Positions 9,485-18,369 of a DNA stretch of 64,000 nt are shown in pieces; within the stretch, counting starts at the first letter, position 1; the number at the start of each line of letters is the position of its first letter. The position numbers were made by a program, and so were the translations under genes. Source of the DNA: Minisyncoccia bacterium (lineage in GTDB: Bacteria > Patescibacteriota > Minisyncoccia > UBA6257 > JAAZHW01); contig JBFEPE010000002.1 of the NCBI GenBank assembly GCA_041550235.1, forward strand, positions 909-64,908. Direction: 5' to 3'. Under the pieces are notes generated by a model. The model saw nothing but the letters and a program-made list of their open reading frames with translations, was not told the DNA's origin and ran no database searches.

Positions 9485-10252
9485 ATGTTGGATATTAAAT
9501 TAAAAAAGGAAATTATCTTAATAGTTGTAGCAATAATTTTGCTGGCAGTTGTTTTGGTTGGTTATTTTGTTTTTAATAATTCTGATGAAGAAGATGTTAT
9601 TAATAATAATGATGCAAGAGAGAATGGGACAAACAGAGAGATATTGATTTCACAAGAAGAATTAAATGAGTTGATGGCACAAGGAAAAACTATGAGAGAG
9701 GCATTAAAAGAGATAATCTTAAAAGATGCAGACCAAGAGACTCTTATTGAATTAGAGGATGGTTTTTACAAGGATAAAAATAGAATATATGATACTCAAA
9801 TGCGCTGCTTATCAGAATCAGAACAATTAAAAATTGATCCTGAGACTTTTGAAGTGGGAAGATGTTTTATAAAAGATAACGATAGTGTTTATTTAAGGGC
9901 AAGATCAGGTTGCTTCGGAAATTGTCCGCTTGAAAAAATTGAGGGAGTAGATTCTGAAAGTTTTACTAGTATTTGGAATAATTTTTTCAAGGATAAAAAT
10001 AATGTCTATTATGGTAAAGATATTGTGAGGGAGGCAGATCCGGAAAGTTTTGAGATTCTCGCTTCGCCCTCTAGTATCATGGGATGTTATGGGAGGGATA
10101 ATAATAGAGTGTATTATTTTGGTGGTGCATTTTCTAGCGAGATAATTCTTAATGCTGACCTTGAAACATTTGAGGTTGTAAAATGTGGTTTATTAGAGAG
10201 AATCGCCAAAGATAAATATAGAACATATGAGCATATGGTCTTAGAGGAATAA
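9485..10252 (+). CDS. DKNYY-repeat family secreted protein
   Basis: Repeats FYKDKNRIY / FIKDNDSVY / FFKDKNNVYYG / YGRDNNRVYYFG, with an N-terminal signal anchor. Confidence 0.5.
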   Translation: MLDIKLKKEIILIVVAIILLAVVLVGYFVFNNSDEEDVINNNDARENGTNREILISQEELNELMAQGKTMREALKEIILKDADQETLIELEDGFYKDKNRIYDTQMRCLSESEQLKIDPETFEVGRCFIKDNDSVYLRARSGCFGNCPLEKIEGVDSESFTSIWNNFFKDKNNVYYGKDIVREADPESFEILASPSSIMGCYGRDNNRVYYFGGAFSSEIILNADLETFEVVKCGLLERIAKDKYRTYEHMVLEE

Positions 10253-10278
10253 AGGTCAAAAATTAAAATATCAAAAAT

Positions 10279-11553
10279 ATGCTAAATATAAAATCAAAAA
10301 AGGAAATAGGTATTTTGATTATTGCTATAGTGATAGTTGCGGCTTTCTTTATTGTTGGGGATCTTATCCCTCGGGGAGAAGAAAAATGGGAGGGAAATAA
10401 TATCTCAATTCAAATTCCAAAAACAAATATAAAAATAATTCTCCCCAATAATCATCAGCAAGAGTCTATTGTGTATTATGAAGATCAAAAGATGGCGATA
10501 TCATTTGATGAGTTTTATAATCCTAATCATTTTGATGAGTTAGAAAATTTTCCCATCATTTCCTCAATTTCTTTATCTACTGGAAAGTCAATAGCCGATT
10601 ATATAAATCAAACTAGCAAAAATAGCCAAGATTTAATCAAGAAAATGGATAATTTATATTTTTATTATGAGCAAAAAAGGAGGTTTGATTTAGAAGAGGA
10701 TTTTTTAAATTTTAAATTTAGAAAAATTGGCGATAGAAGTTATCATGTGAGCGAAAGAATATGTCAGGGGGATATTTATGGTTGCACAATACTAATGTAT
10801 ACAACTTTTTTGGAAAATATAAAAATTGATATCTCAATAGGATTTTATAGAAAAGCTACTAATGAGCAGATGGATGAATTGGTCTCTCAAATAAAAATTA
10901 TTGATGAAAATCAAGAGACATTGGATATTTCAGAATCATTAAGGTCTTGGTATGAGAAAAGTGATGACGAGAAAATGAGAAGTTATATTGATGAAAATGG
11001 ATATAGGAGATTATCAGAATATGCAAATAATAAAGATTTTGAATATACCTGCATATCGCAAGAAGAAGGAGATTTAATGGTGAGAGCGAGGGATGAATTT
11101 AATAAAATGACCGCCGAAATAACAAAATATTCAAATTTTGAAAAAGGAATCAGTCTTGATTTTGGGAGATATGGATTTGATGAAAAAAATGGAAGCATTT
11201 ATTTTGGGCCAAAAACTCTTAGTGGAGGTGGTTGTAGTTTAAATGATTTTAGGGCATATAAACTCATGTTTGTAGAGTCAAGAACAAAAGAAGAAATTAT
11301 CAGAGATGTGAAAAGCAAGGAATATGATGATGTTTCAGATGGGCGGAAATTATTAGAAACAAGAAAAATCAATAATTTTGATGTTGTGATTTGGAAGCAA
11401 TGGGGAGGACTTCCAACCTTATCATTTTATTTTGAAATACCGGGTAAGGGGAAAAATTATTTTTTCAAGATTTTTGATTCAGTAATTAGTGGGGATAGAG
11501 ATTTTAATGCTGTTTTGGATGTCATTAAGACAATAGAGTTGTTAGAAATTTAA
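10279..11553 (+). CDS. hypothetical membrane-anchored protein, 424 aa
   Basis: Shares the N-terminal leader MLNIKSKKEIGILIIAIVIV with the upstream gene (MLDIKLKKEIILIVVAIILL). No family assigned. Confidence 0.45.
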   Translation: MLNIKSKKEIGILIIAIVIVAAFFIVGDLIPRGEEKWEGNNISIQIPKTNIKIILPNNHQQESIVYYEDQKMAISFDEFYNPNHFDELENFPIISSISLSTGKSIADYINQTSKNSQDLIKKMDNLYFYYEQKRRFDLEEDFLNFKFRKIGDRSYHVSERICQGDIYGCTILMYTTFLENIKIDISIGFYRKATNEQMDELVSQIKIIDENQETLDISESLRSWYEKSDDEKMRSYIDENGYRRLSEYANNKDFEYTCISQEEGDLMVRARDEFNKMTAEITKYSNFEKGISLDFGRYGFDEKNGSIYFGPKTLSGGGCSLNDFRAYKLMFVESRTKEEIIRDVKSKEYDDVSDGRKLLETRKINNFDVVIWKQWGGLPTLSFYFEIPGKGKNYFFKIFDSVISGDRDFNAVLDVIKTIELLEI

Positions 11554-11788
11554 TCTATTGCTAATTTTTTTTGAGGTTGGGGTTATAAAAAATTTGAAAT
11601 GCAGTCTTTTTACTTTGCATAGGGAAGGGCATTGGGCTTGATAAATAAATAAAAATGTTTATACTTTGATAATTAAAGATAGAATAATACTTATATTTGA
11701 ATAAGTGATGTTTTTAATTATATTGGAATAGTTGGATACACCTCTCTCCTCCGCCTTCGGCGGAGGGGAAATAATATCAAAATATACT

Positions 11789-12400
11789 ATGAAAAAGTTT
11801 ATATTAGGAAAAAAAATAGGGATGACAACTATTTATATAGAAGATAAGCAAACACCAATGACATTGATATCAGCGGGTCCTATTGTAGTTTCTCAAATAA
11901 GAAATAAAGAAAAAGATGGATATCAAGCGATTCAAGTTGCTTTTTCAGAGCAGAAGCCACAAAGATTATCAAAGGCAGAAAAAAATCACCTTGGTGATTT
12001 AGGGGCATTTCAATATTTGAGAGAGTTTAGAATAGATGGGGATGGCGAATTTAAGAGGGGAGATAAGATGGATTTATCAATATTTGAAGAGGGAGACAAG
12101 GTGGTGGTAAGTGGAATTAGCAAGGCAAAGGGATTCCAAGGAGTAGTTAAGAGGCATGGATTTCATGGCGGTCCAAAAAGTCATGGTCAAAAGCATTCAT
12201 TAAGAGCCCCGGGTTCTATTGGCTCAACTGGTCCGCAAAGAGTTATGAAGGGCAAGAAAATGGCTGGGAGAATGGGCGGAGACAGAATAACTTTGAAAAA
12301 TAGAAAAATTGTGTATATTGATAAGGAAAAGAATTTGTTAGGCATTAAGGGTGCAATCCCCGGACGAAGAGATACGATATTAGAAATCTCAGCGGTTTAA
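11789..12400 (+). CDS. rplC: 50S ribosomal protein L3
   Basis: MKKFILGKKIGMTTIY..GFQGVVKRHGFHGGPKSHGQ. Start trimmed from the listed ORF, which reads through an upstream hairpin. Confidence 0.9.
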   Translation: MKKFILGKKIGMTTIYIEDKQTPMTLISAGPIVVSQIRNKEKDGYQAIQVAFSEQKPQRLSKAEKNHLGDLGAFQYLREFRIDGDGEFKRGDKMDLSIFEEGDKVVVSGISKAKGFQGVVKRHGFHGGPKSHGQKHSLRAPGSIGSTGPQRVMKGKKMAGRMGGDRITLKNRKIVYIDKEKNLLGIKGAIPGRRDTILEISAV

Positions 12401-12451
12401 TAATAATTATTTAATAAAAAGTCGGTTTTTAATTTTTAAATTAATAAAAAT

Positions 12452-12805
12452 ATGAATAAAAATGAACAAATAGGTGGTGGTAATGAGAATAATCAAGAAG
12501 ATTGGAAAAAGAAAAAAATATCAGTATTAGAATTTACAAAAAGAACGACAATCGATGCAGAAGATGGAAAAAAGGTTAAGATTTGGGAGGCTCTTTTTGG
12601 GGGTGATAATAACAAAAATTTATCTGCTGGCAATAGGATTGCTAAAAAAATTAATGATTTACAGAATCTGGTGACAGGTGGCACAATAGAAGAGGCACAA
12701 AAGGCAAATGAGGAATTAGGCGAAATGATTGAGGGGCTACAACAAATACACAAAGTCGTTGATTATGCATTGAATGAAGACCCCGAGGGTTTGATTAAAA
12801 AATAA
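12452..12805 (+). CDS. hypothetical 117-aa protein inserted between rplC and rplD
   Basis: ORF with coding-like composition and no motif. Confidence 0.4.
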   Translation: MNKNEQIGGGNENNQEDWKKKKISVLEFTKRTTIDAEDGKKVKIWEALFGGDNNKNLSAGNRIAKKINDLQNLVTGGTIEEAQKANEELGEMIEGLQQIHKVVDYALNEDPEGLIKK

Positions 12806-12952
12806 GACAAGTGGCGGGATTATTTGAGTTATTTTATTTATGATGATAATGCGATTATAAAGTAGTGGAAAATAAATATCCCCCCGCCCTTTATGGGCGG
12901 GGAATAAAAAGGTTGAGATTATGCGATTTATTTAATATTAAATGGTTATAAC

Positions 12953-13591
12953 ATGAAGACAACAATATACAATCAAGATAATAAAGAAATAGGGGATATT
13001 GATCTACCGGGCTTTATTTTCGGTAAAAAATGGAGGCCAGATGTAGTCCATCAAGTATTAGTAGCAATTCAGGCAAACAGAAGAAAAAATATCGCTCACA
13101 CAAAAGGAACAGGAGAAAAAAGAGGTGGAGGAAAGAAGCCATGGAGACAAAAAGGGACTGGTAGAGCAAGGCATGGAACTATTAGGTCGCCATTATGGAG
13201 AGGAGGAGGAGTTACATTTGGCCCAACAAAGGAGAGGAATTTTACTAAGAAGGTAAATAAGAAAGTAAAGAGATTGGCTCTTTTTTCAGCCCTCTCCAAA
13301 AAATTATTAGATAAAGAAATAAAGGTGATTGATGATATTAAATTGGAAAGCCCAAAAACAAAGGCGGCTCACTTAATTTTGAAAAATCTTATCCCAGAAA
13401 AGAAAAATTCAGGACTTTTGATTTTGGACAAGGGTAATCCGGAAATATCAAGGTCAGTAAGAAATCTAACTATTGCTCAAACGGCGACGGTGAGAAACTT
13501 CAATTTGGAGGATATATTAAAGTATAAGAATATAATATTCACAAAGGATGCAATCGCCGAATTAGGCAATGTTTATAAGGAGAAGAAATAA
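12953..13591 (+). CDS. rplD: 50S ribosomal protein L4
   Basis: GTGEKRGGGKKPWRQKGTGRARHGTIRSPLWRGGGVTFGP. Confidence 0.9.
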   Translation: MKTTIYNQDNKEIGDIDLPGFIFGKKWRPDVVHQVLVAIQANRRKNIAHTKGTGEKRGGGKKPWRQKGTGRARHGTIRSPLWRGGGVTFGPTKERNFTKKVNKKVKRLALFSALSKKLLDKEIKVIDDIKLESPKTKAAHLILKNLIPEKKNSGLLILDKGNPEISRSVRNLTIAQTATVRNFNLEDILKYKNIIFTKDAIAELGNVYKEKK

Positions 13592-13614
13592 TGTAATATG
13601 AGAGATATATTGTT

Positions 13615-13900
13615 ATAGATTAAAGCATTCCCCCGTCCGCCAGAGGCGGATGTGCCACCTTCGGCGGGGGGCACCCCGCCTTCGCCAAGGCTTCGGCAGG
13701 GCAATGCCCGTCCAGCCAGAGGCTGGCCACCCCTCTATTAGAGGGCAGTATGTCCGCCTATGGCGGGGAATAAGATTTATATCTTAGGTGGTAGTGGATA
13801 TGAGGTTTGATTGTATATAAAACTATGAGTATATTGTTATAAATTAAAGACCCTCCCCCCGCCGAAGGCGGGGGGAGGGTCAAGAGGCTTAATATAACAA
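13615..13900. repeat. composite BIME-like block of GC hairpin modules between rplD and rplW
   Basis: Contains GTCCGCCAGAGGCGGATGTGCCACC, CACCCCGCCTTCGCCAAGGCTTCGGCAGGGCAATGCCCG, CCACCCCTCTATTAGAGGGCAGTATGTCCGCCTATGGCGGGGAATAAG, and CCCTCCCCCCGCCGAAGGCGGGGGGAGGG. Confidence 0.7.
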
Positions 13901-13913
13901 CAATAATATAACT

Positions 13914-14345
13914 ATGAGTATATTTGATAAAAAAACTAAAAAAGACGAGAGCAAAGATGAGAAAAAGAAGGAGATAAAAGAAATTAAGGAGGTAAATGAG
14001 ATAAGAGAAACAAAAAATGGCTTGAAAAAATCAAGAAGTCATTTAGAATACCTAATTCTAAGACCTCATATCACTGAAAAATCAAGCGGATTATCCGCTG
14101 AGAGAAAGTTTGTATTTAAAGTAGAAAAATCGGCAAATAAGACAGAGATAGGAAAAGCAATAGAGAAAATATACAATGTGAAGGTTGATGTTGTGAGAAT
14201 AGTAAATATGCCTTCAAAGAAAAGAAGATTGGGAAGAAGTATGGGCAAGAGGTCCGGCTTCAAGAAGGCAATTGTTCAATTGAAGGAAGGATATAATATT
14301 GATATATTACCAAGCACCGCCCAGTCGGATGTAGCAAAGAAGTAG
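13914..14345 (+). CDS. rplW: 50S ribosomal protein L23 (with K/E-rich N-terminal extension)
   Basis: LILRPHITEKSSGLSAERKFVFKVEKSANKTEIGKAIEKIYNVKVDVVRI. Confidence 0.85.
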   Translation: MSIFDKKTKKDESKDEKKKEIKEIKEVNEIRETKNGLKKSRSHLEYLILRPHITEKSSGLSAERKFVFKVEKSANKTEIGKAIEKIYNVKVDVVRIVNMPSKKRRLGRSMGKRSGFKKAIVQLKEGYNIDILPSTAQSDVAKK

Positions 14346-14391
14346 GGGGATATATAAATACAAAAGTCAAGGGTGGGGGGAAGCATTACTT

Positions 14392-16626
14392 CTATTCCTC
14401 CTCATACTCATCTTCCCCCTCATCGGAAATCTCTTCTCCCTCAATTCCCCCGATATTATCGCGAGGCATTGATTCGGGAACATCCTCGGGGATATCATCA
14501 TCAATATTGGCGGATGATGGAGTGGCGACAAGAACTTCTCTTGGTTTCGCTCCCTCTCCTTGTCCAATCACACCTCTTTCCTCAAGCATATCAATTAACC
14601 TTGCCGCTCTCGCATATCCAATTCTTAATCTCCTTTGCAAAAGAGAAGAAGATGCCTTTTGTGCTTCCACAACAACCTTATATGCCTCGGGATATAAATC
14701 GTCCTCATCATCCAATCCCGGGACAGAATCAAAATCAATTTGGCTATTATTTAACCTATTATTTGTTTCAGCAACCTCTTGAAAATCCTCTATCTCCTCA
14801 TTTTCAGAAATATAATCTTCATTATTCTCAATAATATATTTTACCACACGGGAAATCTCATCTTCTGAAACGAAGACTCCTTGAATTCTCTTTGGCTTAG
14901 AGCTCTCAGCTGCTTGGAATAATAAATCACCTTGTCCCAATAGTTTTTCAGCACCAGAATTATCTAAAATAGTTCGGGAATCAATTTGACTAGCAACTCT
15001 AAGAGCAATTCTTGCTGAAATATTTGCTTTAATTAAACCAGTGATGACCTCTGTTGATGGTCTTTGGGTGGAGACAATTAAATGAATCCCTGTTGCTCTT
15101 GCCATTTGGGCTAATCTCACAATTGATCCCTCCACTTCTCTTCCATAACTTGCCATCAAATCAGCCAACTCATCAATTACAACTAAAATATATGGCATAA
15201 TGTCTTTTTTCTCTTTTAGCATTTTTTTATTAAATGAATCAATATCTCTTGATTTTGCCTCTTCTAATTCCTCATATCTTTTTTCCATTTCTAATACTGC
15301 CCACTTCAAAGCCATAATGGCTTTTTTAGGTTTTGTAATCACATCAGAAACGAGATAGGGGAGATTATTGTATGTTGTGAGTTCCACTCTTTTTGGGTCA
15401 ATCAATAATATTCTTAATGTTTCTGGGGTATTTTTGAAAAGCAAACTTGATAGAATTGTATGAATGGCAACTGATTTTCCTGAACCAGTGCTTCCAGCAA
15501 CCAAAAGGTGGGGCATTTTTGCAATATCCATATATACTGGTTGTCCGCTCACATCTCTACCTAATGGAACGGATAATAATCCTGTTTCTGAAAATTGATT
15601 TAGAGATAAAAGATTCCTCAATCTTACTTGTGCTTTTGATTTATTTGGGACTTCAATACCAACTAATGATTTTCCGGGAATAGGGGCCTCTATTCTTATT
15701 GGGTGAGCGGCCAATGCTAATGATAGGTCGTTTTGAAGAGAAATAATTTTTGATAATTTTACTCCTTCCGCTGGCTTTAGAGTATATCTTGTAACAGTTG
15801 GCCCGATATTTATTTCATCCATCTCAACAGGAATATTGAAATTTGAAAGGGTTCTTCTGATTATTTGGGAATTTGTTTTTATGTCTCCGCTTGTTGGTTT
15901 TTCAGAATCTGATTCTAATAAATCTAAACTTGGGAAATTCCAGTTTGCTAATATATTTGCACTCACTTTCTTCGGCTGAATATCTTCTTTGTCCATCTTA
16001 TCTTTATTTTTACCTGTCAATTTTGAGATTATATTTTTTTCTTTTTTAGGCTCTTCTTTCACTTCCTCTTCTTCTATCTCTTCTTCACCCTCTTCATCTA
16101 ATTCATCATCCTCATCATATTCATCCACAGGATATTGAGATGACTTCTTTTTCTTTTTAAATTTTAGAGAAAACTCAAATATTATAATGAGACCAATAAT
16201 GGCAATCATTATTTCAAAAACAATTCCACCCCAAAAACTAAGCACTTTTTCAATTGCCCCAGCTATTCTCCCAAAGAATCCAGCCGAAGTTGATTTTATT
16301 ATGTCTGAAATTCCTAATGCTCCGAATGTGAATAATAGAAGCCCAAACAATGTGGAGCCATATATTTTTTGTCGCAATGAACTGATAAATATTGCCCCGG
16401 CTGATATGAATATGATAGGGGAGAGGAAATATAACCAGCCAAACATATATTGAAATGATTTTTTGATATAATAGCCAGCAATTCCTGCTCCTCCAAAGAA
16501 ACTTAATAATAGTATTATTGCTATTCCGAGGCATATTATCCCAACTATTATTTTTCTTGTCCGCTCTTCTAAATTAGGAGTCCAAATTTTTATTTTTCTT
16601 TTATTTTTAGATTTTTTTCTTGCCAT
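14392..16626 (-). CDS. ftsK: DNA translocase FtsK (TM N-domain, acidic linker, AAA+ motor, C-terminal gamma wHTH)
   Basis: Walker A VAGSTGSGKSV; gamma domain SSLLQRRLRIGYARAARLIDMLEERGVIG. Start placed at MARKKSK. The longer listed start at 16734 would overlap the hicA operator. Confidence 0.85.
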   Translation of the reverse strand: MARKKSKNKRKIKIWTPNLEERTRKIIVGIICLGIAIILLLSFFGGAGIAGYYIKKSFQYMFGWLYFLSPIIFISAGAIFISSLRQKIYGSTLFGLLLFTFGALGISDIIKSTSAGFFGRIAGAIEKVLSFWGGIVFEIMIAIIGLIIIFEFSLKFKKKKKSSQYPVDEYDEDDELDEEGEEEIEEEEVKEEPKKEKNIISKLTGKNKDKMDKEDIQPKKVSANILANWNFPSLDLLESDSEKPTSGDIKTNSQIIRRTLSNFNIPVEMDEINIGPTVTRYTLKPAEGVKLSKIISLQNDLSLALAAHPIRIEAPIPGKSLVGIEVPNKSKAQVRLRNLLSLNQFSETGLLSVPLGRDVSGQPVYMDIAKMPHLLVAGSTGSGKSVAIHTILSSLLFKNTPETLRILLIDPKRVELTTYNNLPYLVSDVITKPKKAIMALKWAVLEMEKRYEELEEAKSRDIDSFNKKMLKEKKDIMPYILVVIDELADLMASYGREVEGSIVRLAQMARATGIHLIVSTQRPSTEVITGLIKANISARIALRVASQIDSRTILDNSGAEKLLGQGDLLFQAAESSKPKRIQGVFVSEDEISRVVKYIIENNEDYISENEEIEDFQEVAETNNRLNNSQIDFDSVPGLDDEDDLYPEAYKVVVEAQKASSSLLQRRLRIGYARAARLIDMLEERGVIGQGEGAKPREVLVATPSSANIDDDIPEDVPESMPRDNIGGIEGEEISDEGEDEYEEE

Positions 16627-16720
16627 ATTAAATCTTAATTGCCTATATTTTAACAGAAAATATATTTTATGAAATAGGGGGGATAATTTTTTGGCAGTAA
16701 TTATCCACAATAAGCACTTG

Positions 16721-16757
16721 ATATATAGCCACATTTTGGTATAATGTGGCTATATAT
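16721..16757 (+). promoter_or_regulatory. 14-bp inverted repeat ATATATAGCCACAT-N9-ATGTGGCTATATAT enclosing TGGTATAAT (extended -10); putative autoregulated promoter/operator of the hicA-like operon
   Basis: Palindrome read directly. Sits 12 nt upstream of the 16769 ATG. Confidence 0.55.
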
Positions 16758-16768
16758 TATTATAATAC

Positions 16769-17005
16769 ATGTCAAGAATTGATAATTTGATTAAGAAATT
16801 TAATAATAATCCATCATCTTGCAGATATTCAGATATAGAAAAAATCTTAATTTATTTTGGATTTGAGAAAATTAAAGCCAAGGGAAGCCATATTAAGTTT
16901 AAGCATCGTAAGTTAAATTTTGATTTCATTATCCCTATTCATAATAATGAATGTAAGGATTTTTATAAAAACCAAGCAAAAAAACAAATTGATAAAATAA
17001 TTTAA
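16769..17005 (+). CDS. hicA: HicA-family mRNA interferase toxin-like protein
   Basis: 78 aa with ..IEKILIYFGFEKIKAKGSHIKFKH..IIPIHNNE.. (HicA GSH-x-K-x-K and downstream P-x-H pattern). Confidence 0.55.
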   Translation: MSRIDNLIKKFNNNPSSCRYSDIEKILIYFGFEKIKAKGSHIKFKHRKLNFDFIIPIHNNECKDFYKNQAKKQIDKII

Positions 17006-17014
17006 ATAAATAAT

Positions 17015-17329
17015 ATGAAAAAAACTACTGGATACATTACAATAAATAATAAAAAGCATAAGTATATCTTAGAGAAAAGAAAGTCTAATATCTTTTTTGA
17101 TTGCGAAGATGCTAATATTTCTCAAGAGTTTTTAGCCGAGGATATACCAAATCTAATATTGGATTTACCAAATCTGATAATGGCTGAAAAAGAATACAAA
17201 AAGAATCAATCAGAAGTGATAAGATTTAGAATATCATCAAAAGACAAGCGAAAAATAGAGCAGAAAGCAATAAGCCGAGGATATGATTCAATCTCTAAGT
17301 ATATGAGAGATATTGCCCTACATCAATAA
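17015..17329 (+). CDS. putative antitoxin with C-terminal ribbon-helix-helix (HicB-like partner)
   Basis: 104 aa. C-terminus VIRFRISSKDKRKIEQKAISRGYDSISKYMRDIAL is RHH/CopG-like. 9-nt gap to hicA. Confidence 0.45.
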   Translation: MKKTTGYITINNKKHKYILEKRKSNIFFDCEDANISQEFLAEDIPNLILDLPNLIMAEKEYKKNQSEVIRFRISSKDKRKIEQKAISRGYDSISKYMRDIALHQ

Positions 17330-17462
17330 TTTTTAATTGTGGATAATTTTATTTGACTTTTAATATTCATCCAATATAATATGAGTACATTAAGACAAAG
17401 GGGTTCCCGGAAGGTTAGTTGCCTAAGGCCTCCCTTTTTTTATTTTCAATTTTTTCATAAGA

Positions 17463-17912
17463 TTATTTTTTGCCACTTTTTAAATTTATTTTTCTAATTT
17501 CAAGCAATTTATTTATAGCCTCCTCAAATGAACCAACAATCCACCCAGTTTTTTTAACAAATTCTATTGACCACTTGGGATTTCTTTCTAGTTTCCAAAT
17601 AATAATTAAATTATTACAGAAATCGCCCGGATTTTCTACATTATTACCATAAAAAACTCCTATTTCTATCCATGTGCCTTCTGATGGGGATAAACTTGGG
17701 TTGGCTATTAAATAGTTAGAGGTTTTTACTGCCCTTAAATCATCGGGGAAAAAAGTGTCTGGAGAAGTTTGGTCGGAATCAAATTCCCAATCATAAAAAT
17801 CAAAATCCTTTAATTTCTTAAAAGATTCTTTCCAATCATTATCATATTCATTTGATTGCCCTGCTAAATATACTTTTGGTTTTTTATTTTTTTCAAAAGC
17901 ATTGTTTTCCAT
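17463..17912 (-). CDS. nucleoside 2-deoxyribosyltransferase-like protein
   Basis: KVYLAGQSNEYDNDW .. GTWIEIGVFYG resembles the YLAGP..F / GTxFE(I/L)G motifs of PF05014. Confidence 0.5.
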   Translation of the reverse strand: MENNAFEKNKKPKVYLAGQSNEYDNDWKESFKKLKDFDFYDWEFDSDQTSPDTFFPDDLRAVKTSNYLIANPSLSPSEGTWIEIGVFYGNNVENPGDFCNNLIIIWKLERNPKWSIEFVKKTGWIVGSFEEAINKLLEIRKINLKSGKK

Positions 17913-17934
17913 AAATTAAATATGATTATTTAAG

Positions 17935-18006
17935 TCCGCCCGGTAGGATTCGAACCTACGACCATTTGCTTAAGAGGCAACTGCTCTACCACTGAGCTAC
18001 GGGCGG
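17935..18006 (-). tRNA. tRNA-Lys(CTT)
   Basis: RC: CCGCCCG-TA-GCTC-AGTGGTA-GAGC-A-GTTGC-CTCTTAA-GCAAA-TGGTC-GTAGG-TTCGAAT-CCTAC-CGGGCGG-A. Confidence 0.85.
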
Positions 18007-18057
18007 ATATTATTTTTTTAATGAGAAATTTATTCGGGCGATTGAATTATTTAAAAG

Positions 18058-18131
18058 TCCGCCCGGTAGGATTCGAACCTACGACCATTTGCTTAAAAGG
18101 CAACTGCTCTACCGGACTGAGCTACGGGCGG
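18058..18131 (-). tRNA. tRNA-Lys(TTT)
   Basis: Near-identical to the neighbouring tRNA-Lys(CTT), but with anticodon loop CTTTTAA and a longer D-loop. Confidence 0.85.
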
Positions 18132-18186
18132 ATATTATTTAATATAAGAGAATGTTAATATTTGAGAGATAAAAAGTCAAATATCG

Positions 18187-18270
18187 TGCTGGGAGGGAGA
18201 GTCGAACTCCCACAGGATAAATCCCAATAGGTCCTAAGCCTACCGCGTCTACCAATTCCGCCATCCCAGC
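18187..18270 (-). tRNA. tRNA-Leu(TAG), class II
   Basis: RC: GCTGGGA-TG-GCGGAATTGGTAGACGC-G-GTAGG-CTTAGGA-CCTAT-(long variable arm)-GGGAG-TTCGACT-CTCCC-TCCCAGC-A. Confidence 0.85.
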
Positions 18271-18369
18271 ATTTATTGATTATATTATCAAATTATCAAG
18301 AAAAATCCACACCCCGCGAAGTGGGGGATGGGTATCGCCAAATATTATCTTGAGCATTAATACAAAATG

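Noticed and set aside
14373-14834. 153-aa plus-strand ORF (and 91-aa ORF 14507-14782) antisense inside ftsK
   Set aside because: Pro/His/Gln-rich low-complexity translation lying entirely within a well-supported ftsK coding region on the opposite strand. It is a frame artefact.
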